Shown here piece after piece: positions 30,735 through 40,653 of a stretch of 64,000 bases of DNA. The notes below the pieces were generated by a model. That model did not search any database. It had not been told where the DNA came from and saw only the letters and a list, made by a program, of their open reading frames with translations. A program made the translations under genes and the position numbers. The DNA lies in the NCBI GenBank assembly GCA_963760795.1, contig CAVXEP010000014.1, positions 19,500-83,499 of the forward strand, in the 5' to 3' direction. This DNA is from an uncultured delta proteobacterium (GTDB lineage Bacteria; Desulfobacterota; Binatia; UBA9968). How positions within the stretch are numbered: the first letter of the stretch is position 1; each line of letters starts with the position of its first letter.

Positions 30735-31793
30735 TTAGGATTGCTTTTTGCCGATCTCCCTGAGCAATTTCTCCCAGCGCTCGGCGGCCTTGTCGTACTG
30801 CACCGTCGACATTCCCGCCTCGGGATACCAGAGTTTGTAGGACACCGGTTTGAACACGCTGCCGTATTCCAGGTCGCCGAGGATTTTTGCCGCTTCCGGC
30901 CCGAGGAGATAGTCGGTGAGCAAAACCGCCGCATGGGAATGGGGCGCCAGAGCGACGATCACCACGCCGCCGGCGTTTGTCGGCACCACTTCCATCGCCG
31001 CCCAATCGATGGGACCGCCCTTGGCTTTCATCTCCAGCGCGTGATCGCGGAAAATGGTCGGCGAGAGCGGGACTTCGCCCGACAACACCAAATCGGCCAT
31101 GGCCCGGCCCGAGACGTTTTGCAGAGTGATATCCTGGCCTCTGAGCTTCTTAACGAACTCTTCGCCTTTGACATTGAGTATCGAGCCAAGGGTGCGCGTA
31201 CCGGTCTCGTTGGAGACAAAGCCGATCTTGCCTTTGAGCTCCGGCTTCAATAGATCGCCATAATTTTTCGGGACCGCCGTGGCCGGGATGACGTTGGTAT
31301 TGTACCCCACGCCCATGTAGGTCTCGCGGTCGATGCCCCAGTAGACCAAACCCTTCGTGGCATTTTCCTTGGCATGCGCCGGATACTTGGCGAGATGCAC
31401 CGAAGTGTAGGGAATCAGCAGCTTGCTTTCGCGCAGAAAACGCAGTGTCGGCAGCGTCGTCTCGATCACGTCGGCGATGACCTGCTTGGCCTGCGCCTCG
31501 GCCGTGACCTTGGTCATGATATCGGTGCTGGTGGCGCGGTACGGTTCGATCTTGATGCCGTATTTGGTCTCGAAGCCCTTGGCGAGGTCTTTGTACGAGC
31601 TGCCGGCGAGCGAAGTGTACCAAACCACCTTGCCTTCGACCTTTGCCCCGGCGATCAGCCGCTGCTCGCGGTCGGCGCCGGTGTACGCGGCGAGCTCGGC
31701 GAGCGAAATGGCTTTCTTCGCCTGCGCCCAACCATCGGAACAAAATAACAGAGCCGCAATCGCCAACATCGAATATCGAAAGAATTTGTTCAT
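30735..31793 (-). CDS. Extracellular solute-binding protein (Fe3+-type)
   Basis: Y.GADREQRLIAGAK.EG.VVWYTS, YNT..IP...PK.Y.DLLKP.LKGK, APH.HAA.L. Confidence 0.87.
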   Translation of the reverse strand: MNKFFRYSMLAIAALLFCSDGWAQAKKAISLAELAAYTGADREQRLIAGAKVEGKVVWYTSLAGSSYKDLAKGFETKYGIKIEPYRATSTDIMTKVTAEAQAKQVIADVIETTLPTLRFLRESKLLIPYTSVHLAKYPAHAKENATKGLVYWGIDRETYMGVGYNTNVIPATAVPKNYGDLLKPELKGKIGFVSNETGTRTLGSILNVKGEEFVKKLRGQDITLQNVSGRAMADLVLSGEVPLSPTIFRDHALEMKAKGGPIDWAAMEVVPTNAGGVVIVALAPHSHAAVLLTDYLLGPEAAKILGDLEYGSVFKPVSYKLWYPEAGMSTVQYDKAAERWEKLLREIGKKQS

Positions 31794-31822
31794 CGTCGCC
31801 TCCGACTGCCTACGATTGTGGG

Positions 31823-33511
31823 TTAAGTTATCGCCTCGGCTGGAAAGGCCTGCGGATAATTTTTACGGGCGTTCTGTTGCGACGAATAACCGAGTTCGAC
31901 GTCCCGCGCCACCGCCGCCGCTTTGCGCTCACCAGGCGCGCCATAGCCGCCACCGCCGGCGGTGAAAAAGGTTACCGTCTCTCCAGGATGAATTTGCATC
32001 TGGCTAAACTTGCCGGGCAACTGTTCGTCTTTGCCGCCGCGCTCGATGCGCGTCTCATTGACCATCGCCGCGGCACCGCCGAGCAGTCCCCATGGCGGGC
32101 ACTTAGTACGGTCGGTGTTGCGGCTCAGGAAACAATTCTCCAGCGGCTTGAGCCGCACTTCGACGCCGTTGCCGCCGCGAAACTTGCCGGCGCCACCGCT
32201 GTCGGTGCGAAAGGCGTGGCACTCGTAGAGCAGTGGATAGTAAAGTTCCTGCAACTCGATAGGCGTGTTTTTGACATCGCCCTGGCACATCGACACCGCG
32301 GAGGAAACGCCGTCTTCGAAGGGCCGCCCGCCCCAACCGCCGCCGATAATATTCTGGCAGACGTAACGGCGGCCGGTTTTGGAGTTCATGCCGAAAATCG
32401 CATAGCCGCCCATGTCGCCTTTATGCGCCGCCGGCACGCGTTCCGGCAGCGCCGGCGCTAGAGCGCAAAAGATCGTGTCGAGCACCGTCGGCAACGATAG
32501 ACTCCAGCCGCCGATGGGGGCGGGCCGGCGCGCACTGAGTAATTTTCCCGGTGGCAGGATCACTTTCAACGCGAGAAACGATCCTTCGTTCACTTCACGT
32601 TGCGGCGACGTCAGCGCCTTGAAAGCGACCCGCGCGGCGGCCATGCCGCCGGATTCGCCGCAGTTGATAAAGCCCGGCACTTGATCGGCGACTTCAGAAT
32701 AGTCGATGGTCAGCTCATCGCCGCGCACGACGACTTTGATCTTGAGCGGGATCGTCTTGTTCATCACCCGGCCGTCGTCGTCGAGAAACGATGCCGCTTC
32801 GTAGACGCCGTCGGGAATCGCCCGCACCGACTCGCGCACCAGCTTATCGGTCTGAGTCCAGATCGCTTGCACGGCTTCTTGAAAGCGCGCGCCGCCGTAT
32901 TTGCGGCAGATCTGCTCCAAACGGTCCTCGCCAGTGCGGCAGCAGGCGATCTGCGCCCGCAGGTCGCCAAGCGAAGATTCGGGAAAGCGAATATTATCTT
33001 CGATCAAGCGCAGCACTTCCGTATTTGGCTTGCCGCGCTTGTAAATTTTCACCGAGCGTACTTGCAGCCCCTCTTCGTAAACGTCGCGGGTATTGCTCGA
33101 CCCAAAACCGGTGCTGCCGCCGCCGACATCGATCCAATGGGCGCGCACGGCGAGAAAGCTAACCAGCTCGCCTTCCCAGAAAAACGGCGTGTACACCGCC
33201 ATGTTGTTCAAATGCTGGCCGCAGATCTCGGGGTGATTGACGAGAAAGACGTCGCCGGGATGAATATCGTTTTTGCCGTAGACTTCGATGCCATCCTGGA
33301 CAGCAACCCCCAGGTCGGCAAGAAAAATCGGCAGCGCGCCCTCGTTCTGCGACATTGTCCGCCCCTCATGATCGAGCACCGCGACGCAGTAATCCTGCAC
33401 CTCATAGATCATCATGTTATAAGCGGTCTTCTTCAAAACAGCCGACATTTCATTGGCGGCGGCTTTCAAGGCGCAGCGAATAATTTCTACAGTGATGGGA
33501 TCGACGGACAT
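31823..33511 (-). CDS. hyuB: Hydantoinase B/oxoprolinase family protein
   Basis: DPITVEII..AL..AA.EM, GQHLNN, RAHWIDVGG, GDLRAQIA, NTPIE..E..YP, DSGGAGKFRGG, TAGGGGYG. Confidence 0.9.
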   Translation of the reverse strand: MSVDPITVEIIRCALKAAANEMSAVLKKTAYNMMIYEVQDYCVAVLDHEGRTMSQNEGALPIFLADLGVAVQDGIEVYGKNDIHPGDVFLVNHPEICGQHLNNMAVYTPFFWEGELVSFLAVRAHWIDVGGGSTGFGSSNTRDVYEEGLQVRSVKIYKRGKPNTEVLRLIEDNIRFPESSLGDLRAQIACCRTGEDRLEQICRKYGGARFQEAVQAIWTQTDKLVRESVRAIPDGVYEAASFLDDDGRVMNKTIPLKIKVVVRGDELTIDYSEVADQVPGFINCGESGGMAAARVAFKALTSPQREVNEGSFLALKVILPPGKLLSARRPAPIGGWSLSLPTVLDTIFCALAPALPERVPAAHKGDMGGYAIFGMNSKTGRRYVCQNIIGGGWGGRPFEDGVSSAVSMCQGDVKNTPIELQELYYPLLYECHAFRTDSGGAGKFRGGNGVEVRLKPLENCFLSRNTDRTKCPPWGLLGGAAAMVNETRIERGGKDEQLPGKFSQMQIHPGETVTFFTAGGGGYGAPGERKAAAVARDVELGYSSQQNARKNYPQAFPAEAIT

Positions 33512-33528
33512 AAACACCTCGGAATTTT

Positions 33529-33739
33529 AAACACAAAGAGCACAAGTTCACATATATGAAATTTCAGAATCGGAGATGTAGCCGCAAAGAACGCAAAGCG
33601 CACAAATGAGACTTCCCAACTGTAAGAACGACCGGTTGGTTGCCCATAGATCCCTTTTGCGCCCTTTGCGCTCTTTACGGTTAAACAATCCGATTCCGAT
33701 TCTTCTTACTTTGTCGCCTATGTGCTCTTTGTGGTTAAA
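33529..33739. repeat. Three-layer nested inverted repeat
   Basis: Outer cacaaagagcaca/tgtgctctttgtg, middle gaatcgga/tccgattc, inner ccgcaaagaacgcaaagcgcacaaa/ttttgcgccctttgcgctctttacgg. Confidence 0.7.
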
Positions 33740-33753
33740 CCTCTTCTGTCGCC

Positions 33754-34776
33754 TCACAACCCCTTGCTGCCCTGCAGCCGGGCGAAGAATCCTTCTTTGC
33801 GCAACTCTTGCAACAGACTATTGTCGAAAAACTCTTCCGCTTTGGCGCTCTTAGCACCGGCCCCGCCCGGCTGGGTGGCGAGAAATTTGAGCACCACGCC
33901 GATTGCTTTCTCGTCGGTCAACGGCGGCAATGAAAACAGCTTGGAGTAGTATTCGTAACTGCGCTTGGCGATGACCTCGTCGGTGATGCGCATATACTTT
34001 TTCATGATCGGCAGGCTGGTCTCGACATCGGTCTTGAGGACGTGAATCGCCTCGACATATGCAATCAACATGCGCTTGACCAGATCGCGGTTACTACGCA
34101 GCAGTTCCTTGCGCACGACCAAGCCGGATTGGGGAAAAGGATCAGAACCGGTGGCGAAGTCCGCCAACGGCGTCAGATTGTACTTTTCCGCTTCGAAGCT
34201 AAACGGCGGCGCCAACACCGTTGCATCGATGGTGCCGGCGACCACCGCGGCAAGCCGCGGCTGGGTTCCTGGAATAGCCAGGACCGTCACCGATTTCGGA
34301 TCGATGCCCCAGCGTTCCAGCGCGTTGAGAAAAAAGAAAGTGTTCATTTCGCCCGGACCGACGAGGCCAACGGTCTTGCCAATCAGGTCCTGGGGTTTCT
34401 TAACCGTCTTCGGCTGGCCGACGATACTCACCGTCGGCCGATTGGTCGAAGTCGCGATAATCACCAGATCGCCGCCAGCCAAGTTCGCCTGCACCGGCGC
34501 CACGCCGGCGCTCTGCGACAGTTGCAGCGCGTTAGCCAGCAACGCCGCCGTGCTGCGCGCCCCGCCGGCGATGCGCACCAGTTCTGAAGTCATGCCATGC
34601 TTAGCGAACAACTTCAGCTCATGAGCCACCCAAAGCGGCGCCTGATAACCCAGCTCGCCGCCGTAACCCGCCGTGATCTTGACTTGCGCTCCAAACGCAA
34701 CCCCATGCAGCGCGATAAATAACCCAAACAGTGTCGCAATAAGTTTTCCGAACACGCCTAACCCTTTACCCTTCAC
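33754..34776 (-). CDS. ABC-type substrate-binding protein, SsuA/NMT1 family
   Basis: APLWVA.ELKLFAKHG, AALLA, DLIGKTVG, FFDNSLLQEL.KEGFF. Confidence 0.87.
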   Translation of the reverse strand: MKGKGLGVFGKLIATLFGLFIALHGVAFGAQVKITAGYGGELGYQAPLWVAHELKLFAKHGMTSELVRIAGGARSTAALLANALQLSQSAGVAPVQANLAGGDLVIIATSTNRPTVSIVGQPKTVKKPQDLIGKTVGLVGPGEMNTFFFLNALERWGIDPKSVTVLAIPGTQPRLAAVVAGTIDATVLAPPFSFEAEKYNLTPLADFATGSDPFPQSGLVVRKELLRSNRDLVKRMLIAYVEAIHVLKTDVETSLPIMKKYMRITDEVIAKRSYEYYSKLFSLPPLTDEKAIGVVLKFLATQPGGAGAKSAKAEEFFDNSLLQELRKEGFFARLQGSKGL

Positions 34777-34840
34777 TTCTTACTGCCTCTTCTTCATTGC
34801 GCCGCTTCGACGTAGCTCGACGACGAGCCACTAACCACGA

Positions 34841-35905
34841 TCATCGAATCACCTTCTGCGCCCGCGCCAGCACGGTCGGCGGAACCGTCAAGCCGATCTG
34901 CTTCGCCGTTTTTAGATTGATGAAGAGATCGATGTTATCGACTCCCTCCACCGGCAAGTCCTTAGGATTAACACCAGTGAGAATGCGCTGGACGTACTTC
35001 GCTGACAGGCGACCAATTTCGTGGCGGCTCACGCTATAGCTGGCGAGACCTCCCATGATGACAGAACTTTGGCTCTGGAACATAGTCGGAAACTTCTTGA
35101 CACTTGCCGTGTCGATGATCAGTTGATTCTGGAGAGCCACATGCGGGTCCGACACTTCGAAGAACGCATCCATCTCCTTGGCGCTAAGCGCTCGTATACG
35201 CGCCTGAAGTTCCTCGACGGAAGCGAAATGCCGTTCGAGTAGCTCGATCCCCAGAGGTCGCGCGACTTCCCGCACCAACTTGGCGGCCTGGCTGCCAACA
35301 GGACCGCGAGGATCGTAGAACGTCACTACCCGGCGGAGTTTCGGGACCATCTCTTTCAAGATCTCCAGTCGCTTCGCGGTCAGGTCGGTGTCCCGGTAGA
35401 ACACGCCTGTGAGTCTTCCCCCCGGTTTTGCGAAGCTGTCCACGAGCCCAAGATCAACCGGGTCGGCCCCGGCACAGAATACGATGGGAATGTCTGCCGT
35501 CGCCCGCCTGGCTGGCATGGTTACGGAGGATTGCGTTGTATAGATCAGGTCGACTTTCTCTTGTTCGAGATTCCTCGCCGCCTCCTCTGCCACCTTGGTA
35601 TCGCCCTTCGTATCTCGGATTGTCAGAACAAATTGTTTTCCCTCTTCAAACCCCAACTTCCTTAGTCCGACCCGGAGCCCGTCGATTACCTCGTACCACG
35701 GGCCGCCTGAAGTGATGACACCGACACGGTAGACCTTTGGCTGCTGGGCCTGAGCCACAGCCCCAGCCATCACGAGCACGAAAGCGATTAACGAAAACCA
35801 TGGCCATTTTAGTCCGCGGGGCAGCTTTTGGTCCGCGGGGCCGCTTTTCGATTTTAGATTGCCGGAACAAGAATGGGCAACTCGCCTCCAACATCTTTTG
35901 TTCAT
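34841..35905 (-). CDS. ABC_sub_bind-type (Trp/Tyr-like) substrate-binding protein
   Basis: AQQPKVYRVG, DPV.LGLV.S.A.PGG..TG, KRLEILKE..P, DLPVE, INLKTAKQIGLT.PP.VLARA. Confidence 0.88.
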   Translation of the reverse strand: MNKRCWRRVAHSCSGNLKSKSGPADQKLPRGLKWPWFSLIAFVLVMAGAVAQAQQPKVYRVGVITSGGPWYEVIDGLRVGLRKLGFEEGKQFVLTIRDTKGDTKVAEEAARNLEQEKVDLIYTTQSSVTMPARRATADIPIVFCAGADPVDLGLVDSFAKPGGRLTGVFYRDTDLTAKRLEILKEMVPKLRRVVTFYDPRGPVGSQAAKLVREVARPLGIELLERHFASVEELQARIRALSAKEMDAFFEVSDPHVALQNQLIIDTASVKKFPTMFQSQSSVIMGGLASYSVSRHEIGRLSAKYVQRILTGVNPKDLPVEGVDNIDLFINLKTAKQIGLTVPPTVLARAQKVIR

Positions 35906-35985
35906 CCTTTTTTCCCCGAATCGAAAATCGGCAATCGAAAATCCAAAATTGGGTCGCCTAACCCCTTACCCTTCACGCCTTACTT
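35847..35985. repeat. Heptamer-period repeats (AATCGAA family and CCCTTA family)
   Basis: ttttcgattttagattgccg ... aatcgaa aatcggc aatcgaa aatccaa aat ... cccctta cccttca cgcctta. Confidence 0.65.
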
Positions 35986-35988
35986 CCC

Positions 35989-36771
35989 TCACTTCTTCTC
36001 CGGCTCATCCTTCCCCACATACGACTGCCGATAAGTTTGCAGCGTCTTACCGCGCAGTTCATAGAGGAATTGAATCACCCGCTCGTTGCTCATGAACTTA
36101 TCCTGCTCGTAGCGATCGTGATGAACAATCTCGTCCAGCGGCCGGCGCACGCCTTCGGACGGCTGCACGGCCGGATAGCCGATGGGAATGATCAGATAGA
36201 GCATCATCAGATCCGGCACGTCGAGAACTTTCTTGAACGGCTCCTGGACGTGAATCGTCACCCACTGGGTCGCCAGACCGAGCGACACCGCGGCGAGATG
36301 CATGAACGTGCAGGTGTTCGCCAACCCATCGGTGAGATGAGATTGATCGCGGCCGAAAGTGTGCGCCCCTTGCACCGTGCCCCACTGGCGCCGGCCGTCG
36401 CCGACCACGACGATCAACGCCGGTGCCTCGGACCAGCCGGCGCCGCGTCGCTGGCGCTCCACCGCCGCATCGGCGGTCATTTGATAGGCCGGATGGCGCA
36501 GCTCGAAGACACGCTGCTGCTCCATCCAGTAAATAAAGTCGGTGTTGTCTTCCGAGTAACAACGGAAGAGATCCTTTTTCACTTTAGGATCTTTGACGAC
36601 GATATACTCCCAGGGCTGCGAGTTCGCCCCCGACATCGCCCAGCGCCCGGCTTCGAGAATCTTGCCGATATATTCGTCTGGAATCGGATCGGGCTTCAAC
36701 TTGCGCACGCTCGAGCGGCGCCGGATGATGTCATAGAGTAGATCGTAACCTGAGGTGGTATCTGCACTCAT
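35989..36771 (-). CDS. Nitroreductase-family flavoprotein (paralog 1)
   Basis: R.SVRK.KPDPIPD..I.KILEAGRWAMSGANSQPWE, LAA.SLGL..QW, IPIGYP. Confidence 0.88.
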   Translation of the reverse strand: MSADTTSGYDLLYDIIRRRSSVRKLKPDPIPDEYIGKILEAGRWAMSGANSQPWEYIVVKDPKVKKDLFRCYSEDNTDFIYWMEQQRVFELRHPAYQMTADAAVERQRRGAGWSEAPALIVVVGDGRRQWGTVQGAHTFGRDQSHLTDGLANTCTFMHLAAVSLGLATQWVTIHVQEPFKKVLDVPDLMMLYLIIPIGYPAVQPSEGVRRPLDEIVHHDRYEQDKFMSNERVIQFLYELRGKTLQTYRQSYVGKDEPEKK

Positions 36772-36864
36772 GTTGGAACCTCCAAAGTGTATGGACAAGT
36801 GATTTGAAACTCAGTTCTTATAGCCGACAACACCGTGCCGCTTCAATCGTCGTCGGGTCTTATA

Positions 36865-36971
36865 CCCTCGCCCTTTGGGAGAGGGAAGGGTGAGGGCTCT
36901 TTCAAGGGCGCAGTCCAAGCCGGTCGTCCATCGGAGCCCTCATCCTAGCCTTCTCCCTGAGGACGAAGGAA
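36865..36971. repeat. REP-like CCCTC palindrome doublet
   Basis: ccctcgccctttgggagagggaagggtgagggctc ... gagccctcatcctagccttctccctgaggacgaagg. Confidence 0.65.
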
Positions 36972-36985
36972 CCTGATCCGCAACG

Positions 36986-38359
36986 CTACTCTGATAACTT
37001 GAGCGCCGCCAGCAGCGGAGCCATCGAATCCCGCGTATCCAACAAGGTAACTTGATCAATCACCGCTCGCGTTTTCTCTTCGCCCAGTACCGGCGCAGCC
37101 AAGCCGAGAAACTTCGCTTCGACATCTTGCCGCGTCATCGGATTCTCAACCTCGCCTTTGGGTGCGATAATCTCCCCGCTACGCACCTGACCGTCCGCAA
37201 GCGTCACCGTCACTCGTCCCGCCCAATATTTCGGGAAATGCCGATCGAGCTCCGTGCTGGCGCGGACCGTCACTTTAGTCATCAACTGGCGAACTGGCAC
37301 GCTCTGTAAATACTCGTCTTCGAATGATGCCAAATCGATTTTTCCTCTGAGCGCCGTCACCGCCATTACATATTGCCCACTCCCCAACGTCGCCGCCCGC
37401 AGCGTCGGCGTCGCCGGGCGGTCGATCATGCCGGCGTTTTGCGTCGGCACCGCCAGTTCGATCGCGCGAATCGCTTCCGCGCCAATCGAATATTCGCTTA
37501 TCAGCCTCAGCAGCGCTTCAACCCCGGCATGCAACTGGCGCGCGCAGGGGTAAGGCTTGAACGCGACATCGAGCAAATGAAACTGTTTGAAGTCTTGAAG
37601 AAACTCGAACTTCGGTTCGGCACAAAGGGTGAAACAAAAGCCGCGCGGATCTTCCAGCGCGCGCTTCGGCCCCGTGAGCCCTTGCTCGGTGGCGAGCAAA
37701 GCGAGCAGGCCATTTCGCGCCGCGGACCCAAAAGCGAGATGACGCGCCGTCGCGCCTTCCTGTCCGCCGGTGAGCATGCCGCCGGTGTGAAGAGAAGCGA
37801 TGCCGAGGGCGTTGGTCGTCTTGTCGACCGGCCAGCCGAAGAATTTCGCTCCCGCCGCTGCCACACCGAAGGCGCCGCAAACCGTACTCGGCCACCAGCC
37901 GCGGGCGAACAGCTTCGGCGCATCGATGCTCAAGCCGATGCGAGCGGTGGTTTCGTAGCCGGCAATTGCCGCTTCGAGAAACCGCCGGCCGCTGCCGCCA
38001 TGTTTTTCCGCCAGCGCCAGGAGCGCGGGAACGATCATGCCGCCGATGCAGGTCGCGGCGCCGCCATGAATGTCATCGAGCTCGCCGCAGTGCGCCGCAG
38101 TCGCCATCGCCTGCACGGCGTCGAGATACCCGGCGCGTCGAGCCGTTCCAAAGAGCGTCGAATCGGCATTGCCAACGCTCGCCTCGACAGCCAGATTGTA
38201 CGCCAGCCGTCCCGGCTCCAAGCGCGAACCGGCAAGAATACAACCGAGGGAATCGAGGATGTGGAGCTTGGCGGCGTCGATAACGTCGTGCGGAAATTCT
38301 TCGTAGCGTAGCGCTAGGCAATGACGTGCGAGCTGCTCGCTTACAGTGTCGTCGGGCAT
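36986..38359 (-). CDS. MmgE/PrpD family protein
   Basis: HILDSLGCILAG, AAHCGELDDIH, VPALLALAE, FKPYPCAR..H, PKG..ENPM....VEAKF. Confidence 0.88.
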   Translation of the reverse strand: MPDDTVSEQLARHCLALRYEEFPHDVIDAAKLHILDSLGCILAGSRLEPGRLAYNLAVEASVGNADSTLFGTARRAGYLDAVQAMATAAHCGELDDIHGGAATCIGGMIVPALLALAEKHGGSGRRFLEAAIAGYETTARIGLSIDAPKLFARGWWPSTVCGAFGVAAAGAKFFGWPVDKTTNALGIASLHTGGMLTGGQEGATARHLAFGSAARNGLLALLATEQGLTGPKRALEDPRGFCFTLCAEPKFEFLQDFKQFHLLDVAFKPYPCARQLHAGVEALLRLISEYSIGAEAIRAIELAVPTQNAGMIDRPATPTLRAATLGSGQYVMAVTALRGKIDLASFEDEYLQSVPVRQLMTKVTVRASTELDRHFPKYWAGRVTVTLADGQVRSGEIIAPKGEVENPMTRQDVEAKFLGLAAPVLGEEKTRAVIDQVTLLDTRDSMAPLLAALKLSE

Positions 38360-38495
38360 TGTCCGTATTACTTGTATCGTCTTTTGCGCGATAAACCAGG
38401 ACGGCGGGTTTCAAACCCGCCCCTACCTATTCTGAGTCTTTTTGTGAGACCTTTGCGTTCTTTGCGGCCAACATTCCGAATCCGAATCTCACTCC

Positions 38496-40532
38496 TCAGC
38501 TCCCCACCTCGATCACCAGCTGGCCGAGTTCGTTCACCTCCATGGTGTCGCCGGGATAGACGAGGATCGTCGCGCCCAACTCTTCGATCACGGCGGGACC
38601 TGCTAATTGGTCGCCAGCTTTGAAACCGCTGCTTAGATAAATCGGACAGTCCACCGGCTGGGTGTCGAAGATCACCGGCCGCCGGCCCCGTTCGCCGCGG
38701 TCTTCGGCGCGGGACGCCGTCGCCAGGGGTAATTTGTTGTCAAATTTTCCTAACGCGGAAAGACGCAGATTGACCATCATCACCGGCTCTTTCGGCGCCG
38801 AGTGGCCATAGTGATCTTGATGCATTTGATCGAAGCGCGCGCGGATCGCGCTGAAGTCGGTGAGCGTGCGCAGATCTTCAGTCACCGGCACCGGCAACGT
38901 GTACTCCTGGCCGCGGTAGCGCATGTCGAGAAAGCGCCGCAAGACCATCTGCTCCGGCTTGCAGCCCTCTTCGCGCAGCGTATCTGTGGCGGATTTTTCC
39001 AGCACCGCGAACGCGTCGGCGATCTGTGCGCCGCTGGTGTCGGCCAACTCGCGCACGAAAGTCTGCACATAATCATGCTTCAAATCAGCCATCAGCATGC
39101 CGAGGGCGGAAAAATGCGCCGGCATCGGCGGGATGATCACCCGCGGCACCGACAGCTCCCGGGCGATGGCGATGGCGTGCAGAGCGCCGCCGCCGCCGCT
39201 CGGCACCAGCACGCAATCGCGCGGGTCGTAACCCTTCTCGACCGACACCGCGCGCACCGACAGCGACATATTGAAATTGGCGATGGTGAGAATTCCCAAT
39301 GCCGCCTCTTCCAAAGAAAGTCCGAGCGGCTTGCCGACCTTTGCCATGATCGCCGCCGCCGCTTGGTCGCGCTGCAAGCGAATGCCGCTGCCGAGAAAAT
39401 ATTCCGGGTCTATTCTGCCCGCGATCAAATTAGCATCGGTAACGGTCGGCTCGACGCCGCCTTTGCCGTAGCAAGCCGGCCCCGGCGCCGCGCCGGCGCT
39501 CTGCGGTCCGACTTTCAAACCGCCGGCGGGATCGATCCAGGCGATGCTGCCGCCGCCGTTGCCGACCTCGACGATGTCGACCACCGGCAGCATCATCGGA
39601 TGGCCGGTGACATAACCGCCGACGTAATAGCTGCTGGTCACCTCGGGATGAAAGTCCTTGATCAAGCTCGACTTCGCCGTCGTGCCGCCCATGTCGAAGG
39701 AAATGATATGGCGGCAGCCGAGCGCTTCGCCGAGCCGCGCCGCCGCGATGACGCCGGCCACCGGCCCCGATTCCATCATCGTCACCGGCATTTTCTTCGC
39801 CGTCTCCGCCGACATCACGCCGCCGTTGGACTGCATGACGCGAAAGGTGCCGTGAAAACCGGCGGCGCCGAGCATTTTTTCCAGCGAGACTAAATAACGG
39901 CGCACCAGCGGCCCGACGTAGGAATTTAGCGCCGTCGTCGAAGTGCGCTCGTACTCGCGGAACTCGCGCAGAATCTCGTGCGACAGCGACACGTAGGCTT
40001 CGGGAAACTGTTGGCGCAGCAGCTCGCCCAGCCGCTGCTCATGCGCCGCATTGGCATAGGAATGGAGCAAACACACCGCGACGCTTTCGACGCCGGCTTT
40101 TTTTAACGCGTCAATCGCCGTCGCCGCCGAAGTTTCGTCGAGCGCGGTCAGCACTTCGCCGCTAGCATAAAGCCGTTCGTCCACTTCCAGGCGCAAGTCG
40201 CGCGGCACCAGCGGCACCGGCCGTTTGAAAAACAAATTGTAACCTTCCGGCCGGTTGCCCCGGCCGATCTCGTAAACGTCGCGAAAACCTTTGGTGGTGA
40301 TCAGACCGGTGCGCGCGCCCTTGCGCTCGAGCACGGCGTTGATGGTCACCGTCGAGCCATGGACAAAAAAGTTCGCGCCGGCGACGGCGACGTTGGCGCC
40401 TGTCAAACAATCGCCGATGCCGCGGGCCAAATCGTCCGGCGTGGTCAGCGCTTTACTACGCGACACCCGCCCGTCGTCATCGACGGCAACTAAATCGGTA
40501 AACGTCCCGCCTATGTCAACTGCGATTCTCAT
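38496..40532 (-). CDS. hyuA: Hydantoinase A/oxoprolinase (ATP-dependent) family protein
   Basis: VDIGGTFTD, HGST..IN...ERKGA, EYERTST, ESGPVAG, DMGGTT, GPQSAGA.PGP.CY, PTVTDA. Confidence 0.93.
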   Translation of the reverse strand: MRIAVDIGGTFTDLVAVDDDGRVSRSKALTTPDDLARGIGDCLTGANVAVAGANFFVHGSTVTINAVLERKGARTGLITTKGFRDVYEIGRGNRPEGYNLFFKRPVPLVPRDLRLEVDERLYASGEVLTALDETSAATAIDALKKAGVESVAVCLLHSYANAAHEQRLGELLRQQFPEAYVSLSHEILREFREYERTSTTALNSYVGPLVRRYLVSLEKMLGAAGFHGTFRVMQSNGGVMSAETAKKMPVTMMESGPVAGVIAAARLGEALGCRHIISFDMGGTTAKSSLIKDFHPEVTSSYYVGGYVTGHPMMLPVVDIVEVGNGGGSIAWIDPAGGLKVGPQSAGAAPGPACYGKGGVEPTVTDANLIAGRIDPEYFLGSGIRLQRDQAAAAIMAKVGKPLGLSLEEAALGILTIANFNMSLSVRAVSVEKGYDPRDCVLVPSGGGGALHAIAIARELSVPRVIIPPMPAHFSALGMLMADLKHDYVQTFVRELADTSGAQIADAFAVLEKSATDTLREEGCKPEQMVLRRFLDMRYRGQEYTLPVPVTEDLRTLTDFSAIRARFDQMHQDHYGHSAPKEPVMMVNLRLSALGKFDNKLPLATASRAEDRGERGRRPVIFDTQPVDCPIYLSSGFKAGDQLAGPAVIEELGATILVYPGDTMEVNELGQLVIEVGS

Positions 40533-40583
40533 GGAGCCTTTCAATCTGCGGTAAAAGATTCTCGACGCGCTGTCATATCCGAT

Positions 40584-40653
40584 CCCCTCGCCCGCTTGCG
40601 AGAGAGGGCGAGGGTGAGGGTTTCATAGAAGGGCGACCGCCGGTCGCCCCTAC
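40584..40653. repeat. CCCTC palindrome plus GTAG-type REP
   Basis: cccctcgcccgcttgcgagagagggcgagggtgaggg; agggcgaccgccggtcgcccctac. Confidence 0.65.
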
